This document shows positions 9,901 to 16,743 of a DNA stretch of 28,060 nucleotides, piece by piece; within the stretch, counting starts at the first letter, position 1; the number at the start of each line of letters is the position of its first letter. A model generated the notes under the pieces. The model had not been told where the DNA came from. It saw only the letters and a list, made by a program, of their open reading frames with translations, and did no database searches. The translations under genes were made by a program, and so were the position numbers. Origin of the DNA: an uncultured Lentisphaerales bacterium (GTDB taxonomy: Bacteria > Verrucomicrobiota > Kiritimatiellia > RFP12 > UBA3636); assembly GCA_964451695.1 (NCBI GenBank), contig CAYVJM010000001.1, positions 1 to 28,060 of the forward strand. Reading direction: 5' to 3'.

Positions 9901-10238
9901 CCGCCGAGGCCCAGAAGGCGGCGGAGCAGATGAAGAGTCTGGCGGAGCAGTTGGCGCAGCAGGCCGGGCTTCCGCAGCCCGGGCCGCCTGGACAGCCGCC
10001 GCCGCCGGGGAAGCCGGGCGAGCCGTCTCCGGATGCTCAGGAAGGAAAGCCCTCTGATAGTCCCCAGGCCAAGGGCGAGCAGGGAGAAGGGAGCGCGCTG
10101 GACATCGCGACTGACTGGTTCAAGACGCGGGGCGAGATGTCCGAGGAGGCGCTGGACGCCGCGCTGGAGTCGGTTCCGGCCGAGTACAGGGAGCTGGTAA
10201 AGGCGTACTTCACCGAGCTCTCGAAGGAGGCGAAATGA
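6975..10238 (+). CDS. DUF4175-like membrane-anchored coiled-coil protein with Gln/Pro-rich tail (about 1087 aa)
   Basis: ATG at 6975 follows a purine-rich RBS, so it is preferred to the GTG at 6954. Has N-terminal TM pairs, IERNHPELEERLSTVVEL, an Ig-like region (PxYT...PERP), a long E/A/K/Q helical region and the terminal VPAEYRELVKAYFTEL. The family name is an inference. Confidence 0.7.
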   Translation: MKIGMRKTGQADASAVSFDALPADIAAKLRQTARRIQAIIWMRGLLAVVAALAVSILAIMAVDAMVTIYASGVRWALWGCGVAAVAATAFRMLVRPLSKPFTPARLAALIERNHPELEERLSTVVELLSEPGTVAEGSSQLLEVLTVDAVRDVMHVSPRREFTARTVKPKLVAAAIALGVLALLFAIWPKSMGRLVLRAVLPSAQVDNLYAENLAVTPGDAFVLKGQPLAFELAIAGGHPQRAFLRTQYSGRVGEVVERMRQTSSEKGEGEEVRYFQHFIPEVAESFRYRVACGSALTRFYAIEAVPIPAYTNLAISCAYPDYTGVGVRENPVGEMAVEAVAGSRITIGIEPERPLTTALVLADGEHLGVLGEDGRVTWTFELGEATAGLWSVRLNDEHGFTNAPAFHPVRTVKDTPPEVELVEPDRLALTLPPHGTLPIAFIAKDDFGIKSAELRAGAGREPIAPVRTVAIAQESPGVWRGADAIELGKLQTDASGRARVQIVVGDGLPELLGGPQQAFSAVIEITIDKAAQSLGAQLLQEQYEKIAAAADAVADALEVARREAKAALDEIDRQADEPAVRRLGASQAAIVKAETLIRDALTAAEDGPFADLLPEMRRLLETRVAPAHSQADVAMLSNPSERRRETVELLAILDGALEAAKKLAEAIDERKEQIEEATEMTDLADRQESLAEEAKQAEDEKPMTSEEMEAWRKEQEALKQEFEQKAQDPAAPEPLEAARKQTEELAGKIDDLKKEQEQLRDTTAKLDDPESRAEAEAELAKQTPEMPADTAPEARAEALQEDIAKRADALKDQVSEMADDFKSPGEAFEDLTKPVSEPLDGASESMDKASQEAQEAGDKLDVAPPQEGSPEAKPDLKGAGEKMDDAAENMETASEALDKAGQAMDELAGKLDQMAKEAAEAAKAAMEAAMEAAKEAQGEPQQGEPQQGEPQQGEPQPPQPGAPQPPQPGAMQKAAAEAQKAAEQMKSLAEQLAQQAGLPQPGPPGQPPPPGKPGEPSPDAQEGKPSDSPQAKGEQGEGSALDIATDWFKTRGEMSEEALDAALESVPAEYRELVKAYFTELSKEAK
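9786..9887 (+). repeat. Coding tandem repeats: 4 x 15 bp (QGEPQ) followed by about 2 x 24 bp (QPPQPGAP)
   Basis: cagggagaacctcaa / cagggtgaaccgcaa / cagggcgaaccgcaa / cagggcgaaccccag (9786-9845); cagccgccgcagccgggcgcg at 9843 and at 9867. Confidence 0.95.
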
Positions 10239-11293
10239 GACCGACGAGAGGGTGGGGAAGTCGTTTTGCGGCGTGCGCGCTGGCGTTGTTCGCGATGGGG
10301 ACCCGAGGTCAGGACGCGTCGTTCGACACGGAGGTCGACAAGTCGATCGACGCGGGCCTCGCGTATCTGGCGGGCGTGCAGCGGCCAGACGGTTCCTTCC
10401 CCGGCGAGCACGGACAGGGCGGGGCGATCTCGGCGCTGGCCGGCATGGCGTTTCTGGCCAAGGGCTATGTGCCCGGCGAGGACGCCTACGGAGTGTGCCT
10501 CGACAAGTCGGTCGATTACATCCTAGGCGTCGCCGACGCGAACGGATTCTTCGGCGCGAAGCAGGAGGGCAACGGCAAGATGTACGCGCACAGCATCTGC
10601 ACGCTCTTCCTCTCCGAAGTCTCGGGCATGGTGGACGCCGAGCGGCAGAAGCGCCTCGATGCGCTGCTGCCCAAGGCGGTGAAGATCCTTCTCGACGCGC
10701 AGAACATCAAGAAGGGCGAGCGAGACACGGGCGGCTGGCGATATCAACGGACCTCCAACGACAGCGACATGTCCTGCTCAGGCTGGGCGCTGATGGCGTT
10801 GCGCTCGTGCCGGCTCAACGGCGGGCGCGTGCCGTCTGACGCGATCGAGCGCGCGGTGGCCTACGTCAAGCGCCACCACGACCCCGCCCAGGGCACCTTC
10901 GTCTACCAGAAGGGGGGCGATTCCTACGCGGTGACACTCACGGGCGCGGGGATCCTCTGCCTGGAGCTGTGCGGGCGGCACAACGATCCGGATACGTTGC
11001 GGGCGGCGCGCTACCTGATGCGCGTCTATCGCGAACTCGAGAACCAGGATCGCGCCTTCTACGGCATGTACTACACGGCGCAGGGGCTTTTCCAGATTGG
11101 CGGCGAGGGCTGGAAGGTGTTTTCGAGTTGGATGTATCGCACGTGGATCCCGAAGCAGGGTAGCGATGGCGGCTGGGGGAGCGACCGGGAGACGAGCCGT
11201 CCCTACTGCACCTCGCTCATGCTGCTGGCCTTCACCGTCCCCTACCGCCAACTCCCGATCTACCAGCGCGACGAGACCGTGGACGAAGAGTAG
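10235..11293 (+). CDS. Prenyltransferase/squalene oxidase repeat protein (single alpha/alpha barrel) with probable signal peptide (352 aa)
   Basis: ATGA overlap with the upstream gene. QW-like repeats QRPDGSF, QN...GGWRY and QGSDGGW; SDMSCSGWALMALRS; C-terminal YRQLPIYQR; N-terminal RxxRxxxxR followed by a hydrophobic stretch. Confidence 0.8.
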   Translation: MRPTRGWGSRFAACALALFAMGTRGQDASFDTEVDKSIDAGLAYLAGVQRPDGSFPGEHGQGGAISALAGMAFLAKGYVPGEDAYGVCLDKSVDYILGVADANGFFGAKQEGNGKMYAHSICTLFLSEVSGMVDAERQKRLDALLPKAVKILLDAQNIKKGERDTGGWRYQRTSNDSDMSCSGWALMALRSCRLNGGRVPSDAIERAVAYVKRHHDPAQGTFVYQKGGDSYAVTLTGAGILCLELCGRHNDPDTLRAARYLMRVYRELENQDRAFYGMYYTAQGLFQIGGEGWKVFSSWMYRTWIPKQGSDGGWGSDRETSRPYCTSLMLLAFTVPYRQLPIYQRDETVDEE

Positions 11294-11356
11294 AGCGGGA
11301 CGCCACCGGATGCGAAATGAGGTGGCGGAGCGCGCTTGCAGAAGGCGTGGCAGGGG

Positions 11357-11851
11357 TCAGTGCGAGGGCGCGTAGGCGGCGACGATTTTGGCGATCACGC
11401 GGGTCGTCGAAAGACCTTCGACCATGTCCGCGAGGACGACGCGCCCGCCGTGCGCCTCCACAATGTCACGTCCGCTGACGTAATGCGCCCAGTCGCGCCC
11501 CTTGACCAGCACGTCGGGCAGGATTTGCGCGATGAGGTCCTTCGGCTCCTCCTCGTCGAAGATCACGACGTAGTCCACGGCCCGCAACGAGGCCAGCAGG
11601 ATCGCGCGGTTGGCCTCGTCGACGACCGGCCGCAACGGCCCCTTGTTGCGCTTGACCGAGGCGTCCGAATTGAGACCTACGCAGAGGGCGTCCCCCTGCT
11701 CCCGCGCAAACGCCAGGTACGTCACATGGCCGGCATGCAGGATATCGAAGCAGCCGTTCGTGAAGACCAGCTTCCGTCCGGCGGCGTGAAGCCGGTCGCG
11801 CTCGGCGCGCATTTCGGAGGCCGTGAGAATCTTGCCTTGCAGGGTGTTCAT
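11357..11851 (-). CDS. rfaE2: D-glycero-beta-D-manno-heptose 1-phosphate adenylyltransferase (stand-alone RfaE/HldE domain II)
   Basis: VFTNGCFDILHAGHVTYL (HxGH), VGLNSDASVKRNKGPLRP, VDYVVIFDEEEP, VLVKGRDW, GLSTT. Confidence 0.9.
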   Translation of the reverse strand: MNTLQGKILTASEMRAERDRLHAAGRKLVFTNGCFDILHAGHVTYLAFAREQGDALCVGLNSDASVKRNKGPLRPVVDEANRAILLASLRAVDYVVIFDEEEPKDLIAQILPDVLVKGRDWAHYVSGRDIVEAHGGRVVLADMVEGLSTTRVIAKIVAAYAPSH

Positions 11852-11856
11852 GGGTA

Positions 11857-11891
11857 GGGTGAAGGGGCTAGGGGCTAGGGACTAGGGTTCA
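11857..11891. repeat. Intergenic heptamer array
   Basis: gggtgaa ggggcta ggggcta gggacta gggttca, lying between tsaC and rfaE2. Confidence 0.8.
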
Positions 11892-11901
11892 GTTTCAACC
11901 A

Positions 11902-12489
11902 TCACAGGCACGCGCGGAGGTCCGCTTCGGCGACGGGGCCGGGGCGGAAGACGCGGACGCCGGCGTCCGAGACTTGGGCGACGGTGCTGGCAACGGTGCC
12001 GGCGGCGGGACCGCCGTCGACGAGGATGTCGGCCTCGGGGAGGGCGGCTGCGGCGGCTGCGGCGTCGAGGGCGGGCGGTTCGCCGCTGGCGTTTGCGCTC
12101 GTGCAGCGCAGCATCCCGCCGGCGGCGGCGCAGATTGCGCAGGCGGTGGCGTCCGCCGGGACGCGGACGCCTTCGGTGCCGCCATCGGGGCGGTCGAGGA
12201 CGAGGGTGAGGGCGCCGGGCCAGAAGCGCGCGGCGGCGCGTTGCGCCGGAGCGGAGGCGCGGAGACCCGCGCGCAGCGCGGAGGCGAGCGAGTCCGCGAG
12301 GAGCGGAACGGGCTTCGCCGCGTCGCGGCCTTTGAGCGCGAAGAGGCGCGCGAGGGCGTCGGGGCGGTCGGGATGAGCGGCGACGCCGTAGACGGTGTCC
12401 GTGGGCATGAGGACGACGCCACCGGCGCGGAGGCAGTCCGCGACGGCGGCGAGGTCGGCCGGGGCGAGAGGGGTGGCGAGGCGCCGCAT
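11902..12489 (-). CDS. tsaC: L-threonylcarbamoyladenylate synthase (YrdC/TsaC type, no SUA5 C-terminal domain; 195 aa)
   Basis: GGVVLMPTDTVYGV, KGRDAAKP, FWPGALTLVL, GVRVP, CTSANASG, ASTV. Start placed at the ATG at 12489, 4 nt after the purE stop; the track's longer ORF overlaps purE. Confidence 0.9.
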   Translation of the reverse strand: MRRLATPLAPADLAAVADCLRAGGVVLMPTDTVYGVAAHPDRPDALARLFALKGRDAAKPVPLLADSLASALRAGLRASAPAQRAAARFWPGALTLVLDRPDGGTEGVRVPADATACAICAAAGGMLRCTSANASGEPPALDAAAAAAALPEADILVDGGPAAGTVASTVAQVSDAGVRVFRPGPVAEADLRACL

Positions 12490-12493
12490 GCGG

Positions 12494-13000
12494 CTAGAGG
12501 GCGAGCTGGGTCTGGATGCGCGCGTTGGCGGCGACGACCTTCTCGCGGAGTTCGCGTTTGCGGGCGAGGAGCGCGTCGGCGATGCGCGCATCGGCCACCG
12601 CGAGGATTTCGGCGGCGAGGAGGGCGGCGTTGGCGCCGCCGGCGGCGCCGAGGGCGACGGTGGCGACGGGGATGCCGGCGGGCATCTGGACCGTGGCGAG
12701 GAGGGCGTCGATGCCGTTGACGGCGCCGCCTTGGACGGGGATGCCGATGACGGGCAGGATCGTGTGCGCGGCGAGGACGCCGGCGAGGTGGGCGGCGCCG
12801 CCGGCGGCGGCGATGATCACGCGCAGGCCGCGATCGCGCGCGCTGGCGGCGTAGTCGAACGCGATGTCCGGCGAGCGGTGGGCGGAGATGACGCGCACCT
12901 CGTGGGGGATGGCGAGTTCGTCGAGGATTTCATGGGCCTTGCTGATCAGGGGCCAGTCGGAGTCGCTGCCCATCACAATGCCGACAAGGGGGGTGTCCAT
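12494..13000 (-). CDS. purE: N5-carboxyaminoimidazole ribonucleotide mutase (class I PurE)
   Basis: [47 protein letters not shown]. Confidence 0.97.
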   Translation of the reverse strand: MDTPLVGIVMGSDSDWPLISKAHEILDELAIPHEVRVISAHRSPDIAFDYAASARDRGLRVIIAAAGGAAHLAGVLAAHTILPVIGIPVQGGAVNGIDALLATVQMPAGIPVATVALGAAGGANAALLAAEILAVADARIADALLARKRELREKVVAANARIQTQLAL

Positions 13001-13006
13001 GGGAAT

Positions 13007-14284
13007 CTAGTCCTTTCCTTTGAGTGCGCGGTAGGCGATGTCGGTGCGGTATTGCGCACCGTCGAACTTGATCTTGAGCACGGCGGCGTAGGCGCGCTTG
13101 AGCGTTTCGTCGAGGTCGGGAGCGGTGGCGGCGACCCCGAGCACGCGGCCTCCTGCGGTGACGACTTCGCCGTTGGCGAGGGCGGTTCCGGCGTGGAAGA
13201 CCTGGACGCCCGGGACTTTGGCGGCGTCGGCGAGGCCCGCGATGGGCATGCCTTTGTCGTAGTGGCCGGGGTAGCCGCCCGCGGCCATGACGACGCAGGC
13301 GCAGGGGTCGGGGTTCCAGCGGATGTCGCAGTCGGCGAGCTGGCCGGCGATGCAGGCATGCATCGCCTCGGCGAGCGGGGAGGCGAGGCGCGGAAGGATG
13401 GCCTGCGTCTCGGGGTCGCCGAATCGGCAGTTGAATTCCAGCACGCGCGGGCCGTTGGCGGTGAGCATGAGGCCGGCGTAGAGGATGCCCTTGTAGACGA
13501 TGCCGCGCGCCTGGAGTTCGGCGAGGGCGGGCTTGAAGACCTGGCTCTGGACGACGGCGAGCATGTCCGGGGTCATGCACGGGGCGGGGGAGTAGGCGCC
13601 CATGCCGCCCGTGTTCGGCCCCAGGTCGCCGTCGCGGAGGCGCTTGTGGTCCTGAGCGGAGGCGAGGGGAACGGCGATGGCGCCGTCGACGAACGCGAGC
13701 ACGGAGGCCTCTTCGCCGTCGAGAAACTCCTCGACGAGGACCTCGGCGGCGGCGGCGCCAAAGACGCGGTCGACGAACATGGCCTGGATGGCCGCCTCGG
13801 CTGCCGCTTCGGTGAGGCAGACGGAGACGCCCTTGCCGGCGGCGAGGCCGTCGGCCTTGATGACGACGGGGATGCCGAATTCGGCGACGGCGCGGCGCGC
13901 CTCGTCGGCGGAGCGGACGATGGCGCTGCGGGCGGTGGGGATCTGGGCGGCGGCCATCACGTCCTTGGCGAAGGACTTGCTGCCTTCGAGGCGGGCGGCG
14001 GCCCGCCGGGGGCCGAAGGCGGGGACGCCGATGGCGTCGAGGGCGTCGACGAGGCCGAGGCAGAGGGGGGCTTCGGGGCCGACGACGACGAGGTCGGGCC
14101 GGTTGGCGCGGGCCCAGTTGACGAGGGCGATGACGTCGTCGGCGGGGATGGCGACGTTGGCGGCGACCTCGGCGGTTCCGGCGTTCCCGGGGGCGCAGAA
14201 GAGATTGGCGGCGGGGTCGTCCGCGCGGAGTTTCCAGACGATGGCGTGCTCGCGGCCGCCGTTTCCGATGACGAGGATTTTCAT
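13007..14284 (-). CDS. purD: Phosphoribosylamine-glycine ligase (425 aa)
   Basis: MKILVIGNGGREHA start at 14284; VVGPEAPL, LEGSKSFAK, KADGLAAGKGV, DHKRLRDGDLGPNTGGMGAYSP, EFNCRFGDPETQ, GGRVL, YRTDIA. Confidence 0.97.
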   Translation of the reverse strand: MKILVIGNGGREHAIVWKLRADDPAANLFCAPGNAGTAEVAANVAIPADDVIALVNWARANRPDLVVVGPEAPLCLGLVDALDAIGVPAFGPRRAAARLEGSKSFAKDVMAAAQIPTARSAIVRSADEARRAVAEFGIPVVIKADGLAAGKGVSVCLTEAAAEAAIQAMFVDRVFGAAAAEVLVEEFLDGEEASVLAFVDGAIAVPLASAQDHKRLRDGDLGPNTGGMGAYSPAPCMTPDMLAVVQSQVFKPALAELQARGIVYKGILYAGLMLTANGPRVLEFNCRFGDPETQAILPRLASPLAEAMHACIAGQLADCDIRWNPDPCACVVMAAGGYPGHYDKGMPIAGLADAAKVPGVQVFHAGTALANGEVVTAGGRVLGVAATAPDLDETLKRAYAAVLKIKFDGAQYRTDIAYRALKGKD

Positions 14285-15729
14285 GTGGCGGGGGTCGGGG
14301 CTGGCGTGGCGGCGGTGGTTTGGGGGGCGGCGGATTCCGTGCGGGGGCGGTGGCGGCGGTGGCGGCTGCGCCGGCGTTTGTGCTGGGTCGGGGGGAAGAG
14401 GCTGTCGTGCTGTTCCTCTTCGGTCTCGAACGCCTCGGGATCGAGGGGAGCGCCGTCTTTGGCGGGGCGCTGGCCGGCGTGGCCGGCGATGAACGCCTCG
14501 TAGGCTTCGGACCAGGCGTCGATCGCGGCCGTCGCGGACTTGTGCTCGCCTGCGAGGGCGCAGATGCGCCAGAAGGTGAGGGCGGTGTAGAACCACGGCT
14601 GGCGGAAGTAGCGGTTGCGGCGGATGCCGGGGTTGAGGTGGTAGGAGAGGGACTCGAGGACGTGGGCCGTGTCCTGGCACATGAGCCGCGGGACGCGCCA
14701 GGAGGGCGTGGAGAAGGGGGCCACGAGCGCGTCGGCGATCAGGGTCTCGGCGATGTCCATCGCGTCGATTCGGCCCGCCTCGCCGGCCGCTTTGCAACGG
14801 GCGAGGTAGATCGGGGCGAGGAGGACGGCGAAGCGCAGGGAAGTTTCGAAGACGTAGTGCGGGGAGCGGCGGTCGTCGACGACGAGCTGGGCACCGGCGG
14901 CGTCGAGCATGGCGAGGTGGCGCCAGAGCGGGGACCTGGCCTTGCCGGATTGGCCGACGTAGGCGTCGACGACGGGGAGGAGCTCGTGCATGAGACCGGT
15001 TTCCCAGAGCCCCTTGAAGGCGGCCTCGGCGTGGCCGTAGGTGAAGAGACGGACGATCTCCTCGAAGAGTCGGGGCTTGGAGGCCTGCATGATCTCGCCG
15101 CAGTGGCGGGCGATGGCCTTGGCGCTGTCGGCGTGGATCGTGAAGTCGAGGCGTGCGGAGAGGCGCACGGCGCGGAGCATCCGAACGGGGTCTTCGCGGA
15201 ATCGGATGTTGGGATCGCCGATCGAGCGCAGGACGCCTTTGGCGAGATCGCGCAGACCGCCGGTGTAGTCGATGACCTGGGCGGAGGCGATGTCGTAGAA
15301 GAGCGCGTTGACGGTGAAGTCGCGGCGTCTGGCGTCCTCTTCAGGGGTGCCCCAGGCGTTGTCCGCGTTCTGGTAGAGGGCGCCCGGGGTTCCGGCATCG
15401 GCCGAGTCGATTTCGTCCGGCTCGGGGGAGCGGCGGAAGGTGGCGGTTTCGATCTGCTTGTCCCCGAAGCGGATCAGGGCGAGGCGGAAGCGCCGGCCGA
15501 TGAGGAAGGCGTTGCGGAAGAGGCGGCGGATCTGGTTGGGGTTCGCGTCCGTGGCGATGTCGAAGTCCTTCGGCGTGCGGCCGAGGAGGAGGTCTCGAAC
15601 GCCGCCGCCGACGAGGTAGGCGGTGTAGCCGGCCTTGTTGAGGCGGTGGAGGACGGACGCGGCGTCGGGATCGATGGACTTGGCGGGGAGCGTTTGGGGG
15701 ATTTTCTTGCGGGTGAGGAACGACATCAT
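14281..15729 (-). CDS. pcnB: Poly(A) polymerase I (about 482 aa)
   Basis: YLVGGGVRDLLLGRTPKDFDIATDA, PAP-specific motif LIGRRFRLALI, EDARRRDFTVNALFY, RFREDPVRMLRAVR and basic tail RRRSRHRRHRPR. ATGA overlap with purD. Confidence 0.9.
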   Translation of the reverse strand: MMSFLTRKKIPQTLPAKSIDPDAASVLHRLNKAGYTAYLVGGGVRDLLLGRTPKDFDIATDANPNQIRRLFRNAFLIGRRFRLALIRFGDKQIETATFRRSPEPDEIDSADAGTPGALYQNADNAWGTPEEDARRRDFTVNALFYDIASAQVIDYTGGLRDLAKGVLRSIGDPNIRFREDPVRMLRAVRLSARLDFTIHADSAKAIARHCGEIMQASKPRLFEEIVRLFTYGHAEAAFKGLWETGLMHELLPVVDAYVGQSGKARSPLWRHLAMLDAAGAQLVVDDRRSPHYVFETSLRFAVLLAPIYLARCKAAGEAGRIDAMDIAETLIADALVAPFSTPSWRVPRLMCQDTAHVLESLSYHLNPGIRRNRYFRQPWFYTALTFWRICALAGEHKSATAAIDAWSEAYEAFIAGHAGQRPAKDGAPLDPEAFETEEEQHDSLFPPTQHKRRRSRHRRHRPRTESAAPQTTAATPAPTPAT

Positions 15730-15758
15730 GCGTGGGGAGTCCGTTGCGGAGGGCGGGT

Positions 15759-16475
15759 TCAGGGGTGCGGGGCTTCGGCGGCGCGGAAGCGGCGGCGCTG
15801 TCTGCGGAAGTGCGCCAGCATCTTGATGAATTTGATCGCGTCCCGGACGGGGCGGATCTTGCTGCGCTCCGTGCCGTAGACGGTCGAGACGGGCACTTCG
15901 CGCATCGCGTAGCCGCGCAGCGCGAGCTGCAGGAGAATTTCGGATTCGGCGGAGAAGCCGCCCGAGGTGCAGGAGAGCGCCACGGGGAACGCCCGTCGGG
16001 CGATCAGGCGGAAGCCGCACTGCGTGTCCGTGATCCGGCAGCCGAGCTGGCGACTCAGCAGCCAGCTCATGAAGCGGTTCGTCAGGCGCCGGACGACGGG
16101 CATCGTCGCGGCGTCCGCCATGCGGGTGCCGATGACGAAGTCGGGCCGGGACTCGGCGAACGCGTCGAGGAAGCGGCCGATCTCGACGGGCAGGTGCTGC
16201 CCGTCGCCGTCGAGCATGACCACGGCGTCCCAGTCGCCAGCCAGGGCGTGGGCGAGACCGGTGGCCACGGCCGGTCCCTTGCCTTGGTTCACCTCGTGCC
16301 GGATCACCTTGGCGCCGGCCGCCTCGGCCTCGGCGGACGTGTCGTCGTCCGAGCCGTCGTCGACGACGACCACGGGGTGGCCGAGGGCGACGGTTTCGCT
16401 GACGACGGCGCCGATTCGCCCCTGCTCGCGGAAGCAGGGGACGAGGACCAGGACTTTCGGCTTGTCGTTCGGCAT
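15759..16475 (-). CDS. Glycosyltransferase family 2, DPM-synthase-like (238 aa)
   Basis: VLVPCFRE, VVVDDGSDD, NQGKG, LDGDGQH, FVIGTR, ITDTQCGFR, EVPVSTVY...SKI. Start taken at the ATG at 16475. Confidence 0.88.
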   Translation of the reverse strand: MPNDKPKVLVLVPCFREQGRIGAVVSETVALGHPVVVVDDGSDDDTSAEAEAAGAKVIRHEVNQGKGPAVATGLAHALAGDWDAVVMLDGDGQHLPVEIGRFLDAFAESRPDFVIGTRMADAATMPVVRRLTNRFMSWLLSRQLGCRITDTQCGFRLIARRAFPVALSCTSGGFSAESEILLQLALRGYAMREVPVSTVYGTERSKIRPVRDAIKFIKMLAHFRRQRRRFRAAEAPHP

Positions 16476-16553
16476 GGGCGTCGGGGCGGGGGTGGTTGTT
16501 GCGGTTCGCCAGCGCGGGCCCGAACCGCATTTCATGGGCCGCGCGCGCATGAA

Positions 16554-16582
16554 ATTAAACCAGAAACGCCAGGCAGGCACAA
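16554..16582 (-). promoter_or_regulatory. Putative sigma70 promoter for the GT2-pcnB-purD-purE-tsaC-rfaE2 operon
   Basis: On the minus strand, TTGTGC-N17-TTTAAT with a TGn extension (tgg), in an AT-enriched intergenic patch. Confidence 0.6.
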
Positions 16583-16606
16583 GGGAATAGTTGCGCGTGG
16601 TTTCTG

Positions 16607-16635
16607 TTGTCTTCCGGTTGGCAGTTTGCTAGAAT
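16607..16635 (+). promoter_or_regulatory. Putative sigma70 promoter for the gspF/pseudopilin operon
   Basis: TTGTCT (16607-16612)-N17-TAGAAT (16630-16635) with an extended -10 TGC. Confidence 0.7.
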
Positions 16636-16743
16636 GCACAAGAAAAGGGCGGAGCTTTCCGGAACGGAATATGCTGCTGGCAGCGCGTAGGTGGCGCTCC
16701 CGGACGGCGCCGCCGGGCGAAGACACTCCTGGAGAGGCACGAC

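Noticed and set aside
10235-11293. Squalene-hopene cyclase / hopanoid synthesis call
   Set aside because: Only one barrel (352 aa), no DxDD motif and a probable signal peptide.
11301-11327. Bidirectional terminator between the convergent genes (cgccacc/ggtggcg)
   Set aside because: A 7-bp stem with a 13-nt loop and no U-tract on either strand is too weak to call.
11902-16580. The ORF track's long N-terminal extensions for tsaC, purD, pcnB and GT2 (also 19115 and 22192 for the pilins)
   Set aside because: The extensions overlap neighbouring genes and are low-complexity. Family motifs, RBSs and ATGA couplings support the shorter starts.
16572-16630. Sigma54 promoter (ggcac...ttgc and tggcag...ttgc)
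   Set aside because: The GG-to-GC spacings are 15 and 6 nt, not the required 10.
16642-16743. c-di-GMP riboswitch in the ~100-nt pilC/gspF leader
   Set aside because: No GGCAAAC...GAAA...GACGCAAAG pattern is visible; only short GC-rich stems.
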